Below are positions 1 through 9,759 of a stretch of DNA of 64,000 bases, in pieces. A program made the position numbers and the translations under genes. The first letter of the stretch is position 1. Every line of letters begins with the position of its first letter. Source of the stretch: Bacteroidaceae bacterium (GTDB lineage: Bacteria > Bacteroidota > Bacteroidia > Bacteroidales > Bacteroidaceae); the NCBI GenBank assembly GCA_045646845.1, contig JAZRLO010000008.1, positions 1,326 through 65,325 of the forward strand, given 5' to 3'. A model generated the notes under the pieces. The model did no database searches and was not told where the DNA came from. It was given only the letters and a program-made list of their open reading frames with translations.

Positions 1-1254
1 GCCGATAAAAAACATATTGTAAGTATAGAGGCACCAAATGGAGTTTTTATTGTTCCCGAAGGCGTTTATTGGATAAGAGTACAATATTATCAAGGGTGGG
101 AAAATACATATTGTATCAATAAAGGAACAGCTATTCTACCCGCAAATCAACGAACATACGGTTTGATAAGAACAGAGAAACTGTATGATGCTGCTGTAAC
201 TACTGATAAAATTGCTGAAAATGCCGTAACAGTTAATAAATTGAGTAGCGAACTTAAAGAGAGGGTTTTGTCGATACCTGATGTTGTTAGAAAGAACGGA
301 ACTTTTATAACTGAAGGAACTCTTTCTTCGGGTGATATTTGGGAATTGCCACAGAATAGTATCAGTGTTGGAGAGTATATAACTTTCTCGGCAAATATCA
401 ATGGTGAGTTCGATGCTTTGTATATTGGTCACGGTAGAACTAATGGTGCGTATATGAAAATCACCCCAACTACCGTTACAACTTATAGCCACGTTACCAA
501 TCCTGTATCAGAAAAGGAGTTTGAACACGGTCTCACAATTGAGAACAATATACAGGTGTACATTGAAAAATCAAAGAACACTACAACTAAACTCAAGATT
601 ACTTCTAATGGAAAGAATTACGAATTTTTCTTTTCAAGCTGGTATGGCAACAAGGGAACTCCTTTTGTTGAAAGCGAGGGCTGCGAGTTGAAGGATTGCA
701 GATTTGGTTGGACTTGTAAAGCTATAAACTCGGATATTTGGGCTTTTGGCGACAGTTATTTTGGTGTGACTGGTACTATTAGATGGATGGCTTATATGAT
801 TTCAGAGAACCATACGAATCTTGTTGTCAACGGTTTTGGGGGGCAAGGCTCGGTTTCGGCATATACAGACCTTACGAACTTGCTCACCATCGGTACTCCT
901 AAAAAGATTCTTTGGTGCTTGGGTATGAATGATGCCGACAGCTCAACTGCTGTCAATGCCAATTGGTTGAATACTTATAATTCATTGAAGGCTGTCTGCG
1001 AGAACAACAATATTGAACTGATATTGGCAACAATACCTACCGTACCTTCAAGAACACACAAATTCAAAAATGAGATTATCCGTTCTTCGGGTTACAGGTA
1101 TATTGACTTTGACAAGGCAGTAGGTGCTGATGAGGGAACCGGTGCTTGGTTTGGTGATATGCTTTCAAGCGATGGTGTACATCCTTCGGAAACTGGTGCT
1201 TTGACTTTGTATAAAAGGGCTATTGCTGATATGCCTGAATTGTTGAATTGTTGA
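1..1254 (+). CDS. 5'-truncated tail-fibre-like protein with C-terminal SGNH/GDSL hydrolase (esterase) domain
   Basis: Frame 1 is open from nt 1, with no stop before the track start at 163, so the gene continues upstream of the window. All four SGNH blocks are present: FGDSYFG (I), NGFGGQGS (II), LGMNDAD (III), DGVHPSETG (V). The N-terminal part (LYDAAVTTDKIAENAVTVNKL) resembles phage tail-fibre repeats. Confidence 0.7.
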   Translation, partial: ADKKHIVSIEAPNGVFIVPEGVYWIRVQYYQGWENTYCINKGTAILPANQRTYGLIRTEKLYDAAVTTDKIAENAVTVNKLSSELKERVLSIPDVVRKNGTFITEGTLSSGDIWELPQNSISVGEYITFSANINGEFDALYIGHGRTNGAYMKITPTTVTTYSHVTNPVSEKEFEHGLTIENNIQVYIEKSKNTTTKLKITSNGKNYEFFFSSWYGNKGTPFVESEGCELKDCRFGWTCKAINSDIWAFGDSYFGVTGTIRWMAYMISENHTNLVVNGFGGQGSVSAYTDLTNLLTIGTPKKILWCLGMNDADSSTAVNANWLNTYNSLKAVCENNNIELILATIPTVPSRTHKFKNEIIRSSGYRYIDFDKAVGADEGTGAWFGDMLSSDGVHPSETGALTLYKRAIADMPELLNC

Positions 1255-1268
1255 TTTTACAAAAAAAA

Positions 1269-1306
1269 ATGAGATGCGCTATTTTTACAATACGCATCTC
1301 ATTTTA
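1269..1306 (+). terminator. Rho-independent terminator after the SGNH gene
   Basis: Perfect 10-bp stem ATGAGATGCG/CGCATCTCAT followed by a T-rich tract, 15 nt after the stop codon. Confidence 0.7.
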
Positions 1307-1424
1307 TATATAGCAGTATAATTATTTTTTTCTCTTACACAATGTTATATCTGTTTTGCTACCTAAGTGCTCGTAATATTCCTCGGTCAATGTTCCATAA
1401 CCTGCAGAAAGAGTCAGCTCGCCA

Positions 1425-1595
1425 ATGTACGGTGTCGATTTCAGTGAGGTTGAGTGGATGCCTACCGAGAGTTCGCAAAAAGCGGAATGGGTAAGCGGTA
1501 CAACGTGGCAACCCATTAGCGAGGAACAGCGTGAACTGATTAGGGAAATTGTCAAATTGTCAATGAGCGACAGGTTTGGATTTAATGAGGTATAA
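1425..1595 (+). CDS. Small hypothetical protein (56 aa), below the ORF-track size cutoff
   Basis: ATG..TAA frame translates as MYGVDFSEVEWMPTESSQKAEW...RFGFNEV and is immediately followed by a perfect 15-bp-stem terminator. It competes with the antisense track ORF 1322..1555. Confidence 0.35.
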   Translation: MYGVDFSEVEWMPTESSQKAEWVSGTTWQPISEEQRELIREIVKLSMSDRFGFNEV

Positions 1596-1603
1596 AATTT
1601 TAC

Positions 1604-1646
1604 AATCTCCGGATGAGAATTCTCATCCGGAGATTGCCTTTTTATA
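1604..1646 (+). terminator. Rho-independent terminator
   Basis: Perfect 15-bp stem AATCTCCGGATGAGA/TCTCATCCGGAGATT followed by GCCTTTTT. Confidence 0.75.
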
Positions 1647-1908
1647 GTGTTAATTATGCAGTTTCCTGTTTAACCTGTTTATTATAAATGAAATGGCTAA
1701 TTGCTGTAAATGCGCAACACCTATTAAATGACTATTGTAATACAAATGGCTATTGTCTTGTTATCTATGAATCTCATTGTTGTGGACAATGCACAGTGTC
1801 CTAATATAACCAATAGTATTATTAGTCCTCGTTGTGCATCAATATATCCAATGCGTTTTTTTTGTTTGTCATGGTTTTAATATGCTTTTGAATTAATTTT
1901 TAATCTTC

Positions 1909-2718
1909 TTATTCTTGTTTCAGCATAATAATCATGTGTTTCATTGATGCCAGCAAGCGGGTGAGGTAAAACGGAAAATTGTAGCTGAATGGTGCACTGA
2001 AATACACTTTTGTAAACAACCACAGCTTTTTGAATGTCAGTTTGAATACATAACCCTTGTCCAACTTTTTGCGTGTGGCAGAGCCGGCACGGTATCTATA
2101 GTAGTAGATTGCTGTTTCATCGGCGCACTTCATATCTTTTATTCTGCGTGATATGGTAAAACCAAACATAGCGTCTTCGCTTATCTTCAATGAGGTGTTG
2201 AAACGTGCATTCTTTATAATGTTCCGGTGAATGAGTTTGAAAGCTACGGGTGATAAAAAGAAACGGTATCTCATAAATGAAAATTCCTTGCCTTTCGCTT
2301 GGTTGAATCTGTGAGTAATGTCATGTTCCTCTTTCTCTTTTATGTCATTGACAAATTGATAACCATTTGATACTCCTACACATGTGGGCGAACTTACAGC
2401 CAGCAGGGCCTCAAGGAAAATTGGAGTAATTATGTCATCGTCATCGACAAACGTAATGTATTCTCCTTTAGCCTTGTCTATTGCAATGTTTCTTGCATTA
2501 GAAACACCCGGTGTCTCTGTATATAACAATTCAATGTTGTGTGTGCTATTGTTTGCTATATATTCTTTTAAATTGGTATAATAAGGTTCTTTGGGACCGT
2601 TCAGAATTATGATGGTCTCAAATTCAGCAGCCGGGAGGGTTTGCTTGAATATCGCATCCAAACATTCATATATATACTCGTTTGGCGAGTATGTTGGTAT
2701 TATAATTGTAGCTTTCAT
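1909..2718 (-). CDS. Glycosyltransferase family 2
   Basis: N-terminal GT-A signature IIIPTYSPNEYIYECLDAIFKQT and acidic DxD block FVDDDDII. Confidence 0.85.
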   Translation of the reverse strand: MKATIIIPTYSPNEYIYECLDAIFKQTLPAAEFETIIILNGPKEPYYTNLKEYIANNSTHNIELLYTETPGVSNARNIAIDKAKGEYITFVDDDDIITPIFLEALLAVSSPTCVGVSNGYQFVNDIKEKEEHDITHRFNQAKGKEFSFMRYRFFLSPVAFKLIHRNIIKNARFNTSLKISEDAMFGFTISRRIKDMKCADETAIYYYRYRAGSATRKKLDKGYVFKLTFKKLWLFTKVYFSAPFSYNFPFYLTRLLASMKHMIIMLKQE

Positions 2719-2729
2719 TTGTTCAGTAG

Positions 2730-3764
2730 TTAGTTTTGTTCCATATCCTGGTCCATCATTGAGATGTATGGTTTTTTTATATCATTTTCGTATGTCGAGA
2801 GGAATGGGGTTCCCTGCTTGGGGTATTTGATTTTTGGGAAATACGGAATGTTGAAAATTGTATTTATTCCATCAAGTGCTATACCTTTTTGTTTATAGTA
2901 ATTGACTATTGTTCTTATTGCATCCTTTTCGTCGAAAACAGTTCTGTCGCTTATGAATAGGTCAAGAAGTGTTGCTCCAATGTATTCGGTACAAATGTAT
3001 TTTCTCTTCCTTGCATTTGAAAAGCATACAATGGCAACCCTTTTGCCCTCCTTCTTTATTTCCAATATGTGAAAATCCTTTACCGAAGGGTTCTCAAAGT
3101 ATCTCCAGTTCATATATTCAAGATCTCTTTTTACGTAGAAATCGTAGTTGCTCTTTAGAACATCCTGTATGAACTGTATATTCTCTATAGTAAATTCATG
3201 TATTTCATTAATATCTAACCCATTCAGCTTTTTTCTGTTAAAAAGATTATAGTAGAAGTTTGGTAGTCTACTTGGTATTTTTATGTTTTTCTTTAATATC
3301 TTGTACAATGCTAGTTCAAGATATATACCTAAAAATTTAGATACAGCGTAGTATGGAAAATAGTTGGGCTGGAATATTCTTGAGCCGCATTTTTTCTTTA
3401 TGAATCCATTAGTCGGTGAGTACCATGCCGACGAGAAATTCTCTCTTTCAATGTGCATTGTTTTTTGCAATCTTTTTCCAACACCTTTTCCACGTGCTGC
3501 GGACAAAACAAAATTGTCAATACCCCATGTCAATGGTATCTCCTTTCCGTTTGCGATGGCTGTCACCTCATATGAGCATGCTTGGCCAACAATCTTGTTG
3601 TCCAATAGAGCAAGCAGAATCTTGTATTTTCCTGTTTTATGCAACCAAGGAGCACGCTCCTCGAGTTTGTGTCTGGCATCATCTCCATAGCACTCCTTCA
3701 GGAATTCAAGGTACTCTTCCTTGCTTACATTTGCTTCTTCAATATATTTGAATTCAAGGCTCAT
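2730..3764 (-). CDS. GNAT-type acetyltransferase domain protein with an uncharacterised C-terminal domain
   Basis: Acetyl-CoA-binding-like motif ARGKGVGKRLQ in the N-terminal ~130 aa. The start overlaps the stop of the upstream gene by 4 nt. Confidence 0.6.
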   Translation of the reverse strand: MSLEFKYIEEANVSKEEYLEFLKECYGDDARHKLEERAPWLHKTGKYKILLALLDNKIVGQACSYEVTAIANGKEIPLTWGIDNFVLSAARGKGVGKRLQKTMHIERENFSSAWYSPTNGFIKKKCGSRIFQPNYFPYYAVSKFLGIYLELALYKILKKNIKIPSRLPNFYYNLFNRKKLNGLDINEIHEFTIENIQFIQDVLKSNYDFYVKRDLEYMNWRYFENPSVKDFHILEIKKEGKRVAIVCFSNARKRKYICTEYIGATLLDLFISDRTVFDEKDAIRTIVNYYKQKGIALDGINTIFNIPYFPKIKYPKQGTPFLSTYENDIKKPYISMMDQDMEQN

Positions 3765-4519
3765 AACTCGTTGTAATTAATTATTTCTGCATTGAACTTC
3801 TTCTTTAGGTTGGTGCTTTCCATCAGCGGCTCTTCGGTTTCTTTGGTGTATCCCCCGGGGTGCGTCATCAATTCTACGACCGCATTGTTTTTTATAAAAC
3901 CAACTTTTGCAAACTCTATGAACTCCTCAAAACCACAGAAGTAATTGGTTGTCTTTAATTTACATGCCTGCATCTTTATCAAGTACCACCACGCATTTCT
4001 TTTGCACCGTTCAATAGAGAATGGCATGTAGTTTCTCATTCGGCGAATTTTGCTCACTTGGTATTTCTTTAGTAGACGTGGTAATACTTTGAGCATATAT
4101 GGCCTTGTATGTATATGGTGGTGGCTATCAATGTGCGAGATCGCAATACCATGTGAGAGTATATTATCTATCTGTGCCGACAGTTCATTGAATATGGCAT
4201 CTTCTACTTCCTTGGGGAACTTGCTGTTGCGTACCTTGTTATCTACATTAAATATAATGTCCTTACCGTTTTCAAGATAGACTTTGTTCTCGAGAAGTAT
4301 CTGGCTTTTTGTCAGTGGGGAACCTTCACTCAAGTTAAGGTGTATGCCGAATGATATGTTCTCTTTGTACAAGTCGAACATTCTTTTTGAGTCGGCAACA
4401 AATGGCATGTTGCCCATTATTGTTGTACTTGACAGCACCCCTCTGTTTATATACTCTTCGATTTTTTTGTTTACCTCTAAAGAGATACCGCAGTCATCGG
4501 CATTGACAATCAATTTCAT
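3761..4519 (-). CDS. YdjC/ChbG-family carbohydrate deacetylase
   Basis: MKLIVNADDCGIS N-terminus and HIDSHHHIH metal-binding block, both typical of the YdjC family. Confidence 0.8.
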   Translation of the reverse strand: MKLIVNADDCGISLEVNKKIEEYINRGVLSSTTIMGNMPFVADSKRMFDLYKENISFGIHLNLSEGSPLTKSQILLENKVYLENGKDIIFNVDNKVRNSKFPKEVEDAIFNELSAQIDNILSHGIAISHIDSHHHIHTRPYMLKVLPRLLKKYQVSKIRRMRNYMPFSIERCKRNAWWYLIKMQACKLKTTNYFCGFEEFIEFAKVGFIKNNAVVELMTHPGGYTKETEEPLMESTNLKKKFNAEIINYNEL

Positions 4520-4529
4520 ATCGTGTATA

Positions 4530-5468
4530 CTATTTTACTATTGACATAAGTTTGTATAACCCTATAATACAACAAGCCGGGATGCATAAAAACATTGTGC
4601 CTTGTATCTTGTATTTTGTTTTGCTGCTTTTACGCATTGCTCTTAACAGGTGTTTGTGCTCTCTTATCTCTTTTACCCAATCCTGTTTTTTGTTTTTGTC
4701 CGATTTCGATATTATCGCAAGTGAAGAATTTATGCATCTTGAAACAAGGTCATTGAAGTATGGCTTGCAGTCATCGCTGACACTCTTGCCGAAATTGAAG
4801 AGGGATTGCGCAACCTTGAGCAGGTCAAAGGCTCTTTTGGGGTTTACTGTAGTTGTTATAGAGTTTTCTCTTTGTAGGTAATAGTATAGACTTTTGGGGT
4901 ATACAGCCAGCTTTCTGCATAAATATAACACACGCGGTGTGAATTCAGTGTCCTCGTGGTATATACCAACGGTAAATGAAAGACTGTTAGATTTTAGAAG
5001 ACTCTGTCGCATAATGTAGAATGGCGCCGGTCTTAAAAAATCTCTCTTTATAAGTTCTTTTCCATTGCTTACAGCTTTGGGAATGTACGTAACAGTCTTG
5101 TCTGTGTACACCAAACTATGTCCTATTTTTATAACATCATTGTTCTCGAACGAACTTATAAGGTCTTTTAGGCAGTTCTTCTCAATCCAGTCGTCAGAGT
5201 CAACGAACCATACAAACTCTCCTTTGGCAGCCTTTAGTCCTGTGTTGCGGGCAGCGCTTAACCCGCCATTCTCTTGTGAAATGACTGTTATGTTTGTGGC
5301 TGTTGCAGCAATGCGCTCGGCAATGGCAAGGCTTCCGTCGGGACTTCCGTCGTTCACTACAATAATTTCATATTCGCTCTGTGGAATATCTTGCTCAAGA
5401 CAACTCTTTAAACATTTTTCAATGTATTGCTCAACGTTGTAAACAGGTATGATTATAGATAACTTCAT
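4530..5468 (-). CDS. Glycosyltransferase family 2
   Basis: SIIIPVYNVEQYIEKCLKSCLEQ, NDGSPDGS and WFVDSDDW (DxD) motifs. Confidence 0.85.
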   Translation of the reverse strand: MKLSIIIPVYNVEQYIEKCLKSCLEQDIPQSEYEIIVVNDGSPDGSLAIAERIAATATNITVISQENGGLSAARNTGLKAAKGEFVWFVDSDDWIEKNCLKDLISSFENNDVIKIGHSLVYTDKTVTYIPKAVSNGKELIKRDFLRPAPFYIMRQSLLKSNSLSFTVGIYHEDTEFTPRVLYLCRKLAVYPKSLYYYLQRENSITTTVNPKRAFDLLKVAQSLFNFGKSVSDDCKPYFNDLVSRCINSSLAIISKSDKNKKQDWVKEIREHKHLLRAMRKSSKTKYKIQGTMFLCIPACCIIGLYKLMSIVK

Positions 5469-5478
5469 AGTGGTTTTT

Positions 5479-6660
5479 TTACGGTTCTGCGTTTATTGCA
5501 TAAATGTCATATACAATTGCTGAAAAAGAGTAGATTAATCCAGGTATATAACACCAAAAGAATTGTTTCTTGGATATAGTTCCCTCTTTATATAGTGATA
5601 AAGCGATAATTGTCAATGGTATCATTGCCATATTAAGTGTGCGATAATATATTGTACGGAATACATCTCCAAACAAATATATTACACTTGCCAAAAAAAT
5701 GATACTAAAGGCTACTTTATACATTCTAATTATATGAGTACCAACTTTCGTGAAGTTTTTCTTTGTGAATATTGTGATGGTGGTGATAATTATTGGTATG
5801 TAGAATGACGCATATTTCATAGTATTTAATAGCAGACCGGATATAGAACTTTCAAATTCTCTTTCTGAATAATGTGCGATTTTAGAAGCGATTTCTTCAT
5901 TTGCTCCTTCTATGTTCATTACTAATATTTGAAGATAGCTCTTTGCTACATAAGCAATAATTGGTATTAGAAGTAAAACAAGCATAAAACTCCATTTTCT
6001 TAATGGAACAAGCAATACCATGGTTATTGCTATCATAATTATGGCACTGTTGTGGAATTGCCAACTTGTATATATGATTATAACTCCTAATAAGTAGCTT
6101 AACCATTTCAGATTTTTTATTGGTTTGCACAGAAATGAAAGACCGAAGAAATATACAGCCATAGCTGCTGTTACTCGTGCATAGGAGAATAAAACTATAT
6201 ATGAACAAAATATAGTCAAGGCTGCATTGTAAACAGGTATTTTCATGCGTTTTGCAGTCCAACAGAACAATATAAAGGCTCCTCCCCAAACAATTGCTCT
6301 GAAAAGAAAATAGTTCTTGTCAACCAGACGTGCAATTTCAATATAGACCTCTTCTCCGTAATTATAAGCGAACGGGGAAAAACTATAGTATTTAACGTGT
6401 TCCATTAAATGGAAGAAATCTCCTTTTTTGCAAAAAACAATAATTATGAAACCAGCGAGGAATATGTTGAAATACTTTGTGAATTTGTTTAAACGGTTAT
6501 TGAATGGTTGTTTAAATGTATTTTTGTAGTTGGTTATTAAAACAAAAACATAAACAGCTAAACAAAAAATGGCTGTTCCTATACTATGTTGTGTTATTGG
6601 AAAATCAAACATGTGACTTATTTGGTAAAGAGTAATGTCTATTAATAACTTTGCATCCAA
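5479..6660 (-). CDS. EpsG/Wzy-like polysaccharide polymerase (polytopic membrane protein)
   Basis: About 10-11 hydrophobic segments, no soluble domain, and a position inside a capsule cassette. The start is uncertain because it overlaps the upstream gene by 19 nt. Confidence 0.7.
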   Translation of the reverse strand: MDAKLLIDITLYQISHMFDFPITQHSIGTAIFCLAVYVFVLITNYKNTFKQPFNNRLNKFTKYFNIFLAGFIIIVFCKKGDFFHLMEHVKYYSFSPFAYNYGEEVYIEIARLVDKNYFLFRAIVWGGAFILFCWTAKRMKIPVYNAALTIFCSYIVLFSYARVTAAMAVYFFGLSFLCKPIKNLKWLSYLLGVIIIYTSWQFHNSAIIMIAITMVLLVPLRKWSFMLVLLLIPIIAYVAKSYLQILVMNIEGANEEIASKIAHYSEREFESSISGLLLNTMKYASFYIPIIITTITIFTKKNFTKVGTHIIRMYKVAFSIIFLASVIYLFGDVFRTIYYRTLNMAMIPLTIIALSLYKEGTISKKQFFWCYIPGLIYSFSAIVYDIYAINAEP

Positions 6661-7820
6661 TTATACAATCTTTCACAGGCTTTGCCGTCTTCTTCAAGCC
6701 CCCAGATGTTGTTCTTGAAATCGTCTGTTTTCTCTTTGTATGCAGTGGGGGTGAATTTTTCAATGTTTGTTATAAGTTCTTGAGAATTCGCTGCTATTGG
6801 GAAAGGGAGTGAGTCCAGGCTCCAGTAGAATCCTCTGTCATATTCCTTTTGGTCTATGGCGTAAATGAAACAAGGCTTGTCCAGAATTATGAAATCAAAC
6901 ATTGCGCTTGTGTAGTCCGATATCATAGCGTCAGCTGCAAACATAAACTCAGTAATGTCTGGTGCTTGTGTCACATTGTATACATTCTTGAAATTTGTGA
7001 TTGAGTTTAAATCTTTGATGTTTGACATATTCGGGTGCAGGCGGAGCAGAACCTTGACTTCGCCATCAAGCATCTTTTCAAATGCCGGAATGACTTTATC
7101 CCAATCAATACGGTAGTATTTAAGGTCCTTGCTGCCGCCACGGAATGTGGGCGCATATAGCACTATTTTACAATCTGGGGCAAACCCCATTCTTTCGCGA
7201 ATTTTGGTGTATGTAGTATTTATTTTGTCCTTTTTGTAGAATATACAATTCCGCGGTACGCAATTCTCGAGAATTTCGTTATTGTACCAAAATGAATTTT
7301 TAATTTGATTTGTGTACAATTTGCTGTTGGACATCATTAAATCACACATTTTTGAATCTTCGATAGCTCGTTTTACGTACTTTGCACCAAGCTGTTTTGC
7401 TGCATCCTTTTCTATCTTCTTGAGCCTAATGGAACTATGCCAAGTTTGAATGTATTTCTGTCCTTTCTTTTTTTTGAACATCGTATCCATTTTTTCGTTA
7501 CGCAGATTCGTGAAAACAAATTTGGATGTGTACATTGCAACAAAATATGCAAATGAGTATTTTCTTACAATGTGAATTTTATCGTCAAGCTCTTTTGGGG
7601 TTATGCCTTTTTTAAAAGCCCAAAAAACTTCATATTCGTCGGGGTGTTCTTCCAAAAGGTATTCAGTAATAAATCTCGGGTTACACGCATACTTGTCCAT
7701 TTTGTATGACCACATAAAGACTCTTTTGCTGTTTATTTTAGTGAGCGCTCTTATGATCATTGCGATTGTGTAAAGAAATAATCGTTTGCCTCTGTCCAAG
7801 AAAAGTCTAAATACATTCAT
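6642..7820 (-). CDS. TagF/TagB-family CDP-glycerol (polyol-phosphate) glycerophosphotransferase-like protein
   Basis: Family blocks YAPTFRG, LRLHP and ISDYTSAMFDF. Confidence 0.8.
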   Translation of the reverse strand: MNVFRLFLDRGKRLFLYTIAMIIRALTKINSKRVFMWSYKMDKYACNPRFITEYLLEEHPDEYEVFWAFKKGITPKELDDKIHIVRKYSFAYFVAMYTSKFVFTNLRNEKMDTMFKKKKGQKYIQTWHSSIRLKKIEKDAAKQLGAKYVKRAIEDSKMCDLMMSNSKLYTNQIKNSFWYNNEILENCVPRNCIFYKKDKINTTYTKIRERMGFAPDCKIVLYAPTFRGGSKDLKYYRIDWDKVIPAFEKMLDGEVKVLLRLHPNMSNIKDLNSITNFKNVYNVTQAPDITEFMFAADAMISDYTSAMFDFIILDKPCFIYAIDQKEYDRGFYWSLDSLPFPIAANSQELITNIEKFTPTAYKEKTDDFKNNIWGLEEDGKACERLYNWMQSY

Positions 7821-7908
7821 GTTGTATAGGTTTTATGAGTATGATGGTAAAATTCGACATTTCAAAACATATGTCGTATAAAGTGCTACTATTTGTCTTG
7901 TTATTATA

Positions 7909-7916
7909 CAAAGGTA
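7909..7916 (-). promoter_or_regulatory. Candidate Bacteroidetes -7 box (TACCTTTG)
   Basis: Matches TAnnTTTG on the minus strand, 89 nt upstream of the TagF-like ATG. It follows a terminator and an opposite-strand ORF. Confidence 0.35.
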
Positions 7917-8014
7917 CTGGATATATTGTTATTCAACAAATAAATCCTTTGATTTTTGTGTTAGTATTTTCTCCCTTATTGTTATCTCGTAATTGTTACT
8001 GAAAGAGATTTTAA

Positions 8015-8635
8015 AACAATTTCACAGGTATAATAACTACATACCAAGATGTTGCTGATACTACAACAGTGGAGAGTGTGTTGGATATTTGTGAGTCTTT
8101 TGGCAAGCCCTATGTGTTTGGTGGTTTCTGGGACGACGACATTAGTGATGACAAAGTGCGAGAGATTGTTACAGCCTTGCACAAGAATGGTTATTTGGCG
8201 GGTGCTGCTTATGCTAATACTCTTGCCATAAGACGTTTGGCCGGGCTTGGCGTTGATATGTTTGCTTCAATGGCAGATGTTAACCTGTTTGATGCGGGAA
8301 ATGTGAACAATGTTTTCTCTTTTGATAAATTCGATGTTGAATTTGGCAATGTCGCACTTGAGAATGGTGTAGCAAATATGTCGCAGGGTGCAGTGTTAAG
8401 TCTTTCGGATGCTGCCTTTGAAAATAATCACGGCAAGGTGCTGGTTAGTCTGCTGTTTGATGGTGAACTGAATGTGATGTTCGGAAATATCAAGGCTTAT
8501 ACGGTTGCGAGTGACGGTACGGAGTGGATTACTATGGCGCGTGTAATTGGGCGCAACGAAAAGGTGCTTGCCTTGACTGCGCAGACTGATACGGTAATTA
8601 AGGGTGTTAAGGTGTTAAGTTCGGTGGTGATATAA
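8015..8635 (+). pseudogene. Orphan plus-strand ORF lacking an ATG start; possible 5'-truncated remnant (weak GDPD-like C-terminus)
   Basis: The frame is open from 8015 with no ATG; the track uses GTG at 8069. It is the only plus-strand ORF inside a minus-strand locus. The segment HKNGYLAGAAYANTLAIRRLAGLGVDMFASM loosely resembles the end of glycerophosphodiester phosphodiesterases. Confidence 0.3.
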
Positions 8636-8667
8636 AGGAAGGTGTTCTTTTAAAACTATTACAATAA

Positions 8668-8726
8668 AAAGAAACTCTTGCTGTTGTCAATAATTAAAGA
8701 CTCTTGCAAGAGTTTCTTTTTTTATA
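8668..8726. terminator. Bidirectional terminator hairpin
   Basis: Stem AAAGAAACTCTTGC (8668-8681) pairs with GCAAGAGTTTCTTT (8706-8719). An A-run precedes it and a T7 run follows. It lies between convergent ORF 8015-8635 (+) and the acyltransferase (-). Confidence 0.65.
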
Positions 8727-8754
8727 ATCACTATGCTCATATGCTGCTTGTGGT

Positions 8755-9759
8755 TTATAAATGTGGCGCGGTCAACCATCTGAAAAATTTTATTTTGCTG
8801 ATAAGATATATAATGCAAATAATTGTGCAGCAATACAAAAGTATGAATGGGAACGATTGCGGTAGGTTAAAGTATCGTATCATTGGCCGGAGTATAAAAT
8901 GTATTATTAATCCGTGGTATAGATAGTAGATTATGCTGTTTTGTCCAATATTTGTCAAAAATGTACTTTGTTTAAATGAATTTGATAAATTGTAAAAAGA
9001 AATAGTGGTTATAAATGAAAGAATTAGTATGTATATTTTATCAGGGATGTCCGAAATATTATACTGGTCGGCTCCTCGAAGAAGAATGTAACTGTTCTCG
9101 GGAAATAGATTGAGGATAATTAATGCAAGAACTCCTACAACGAAAATTATGGACATTGTGTTATTCCACATTTTGTCTGGTTGTATAATCTTCTGTTGTT
9201 TGATATAAAACCCTAACAGGAAGAATGGGAAGAAATTGAATGTTCTTTGGATTGACAGTATTCGCCCATTTGTAATTAATCCGCAAAGGGTTGAAATCAC
9301 GATTGTTATTGCCAAATAGATATAGGGTCTGTCAAGTAAACTCTTTGGAGTGAATTGTAAAAGAATTCTCCAAAAAATAAGGCTTAATAGATACCATAAA
9401 GTCCAAAATGGTGTAATGAGTGTAGTTGTGTCTATTTGCTTACTGATAATATAAATGGGACACAGGTTTAAACATTGAAATATACATAGAGGAATGGCAA
9501 TCTTTTTGATACTTTGCAGAAAGTCTCCTACGTCGCTGTTTATTTTTGTAAAATATCCCGAAATGAGTATAAACAACGGCATATGAAACGTGTAAATAAA
9601 TGTATTTAGCATTTTATTTACATTGTCTGAACCTAAATATGGTATGTGCCCCAAGATAACGAGTATAATCAGTATTCCTTTTAAGGTGTCAAATTTCTTG
9701 TTTCTTTCTTTCTTTCTTTCTGTTATTGGGGTATTATTAGTGGAAAGAGTGTTTGTCAT
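8755..9759 (-). CDS. Acyltransferase family 3 (membrane O-acyl/acetyltransferase)
   Basis: FDTLKGILIILVILGHI N-terminal motif and about 10 TM segments. Confidence 0.8.
   Translation of the reverse strand: MTNTLSTNNTPITERKKERNKKFDTLKGILIILVILGHIPYLGSDNVNKMLNTFIYTFHMPLFILISGYFTKINSDVGDFLQSIKKIAIPLCIFQCLNLCPIYIISKQIDTTTLITPFWTLWYLLSLIFWRILLQFTPKSLLDRPYIYLAITIVISTLCGLITNGRILSIQRTFNFFPFFLLGFYIKQQKIIQPDKMWNNTMSIIFVVGVLALIILNLFPENSYILLRGADQYNISDIPDKIYILILSFITTISFYNLSNSFKQSTFLTNIGQNSIIYYLYHGLIIHFILRPMIRYFNLPQSFPFILLYCCTIICIIYLISKIKFFRWLTAPHL

Noticed and set aside
1322-1555. A 77-aa minus-strand ORF downstream of the SGNH gene.
   Set aside because: It competes with the plus-strand 56-aa ORF that is followed by a perfect terminator. 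The minus ORF has no terminator or promoter signal. Neither is strongly supported, and I listed only the plus-strand one, at low confidence.
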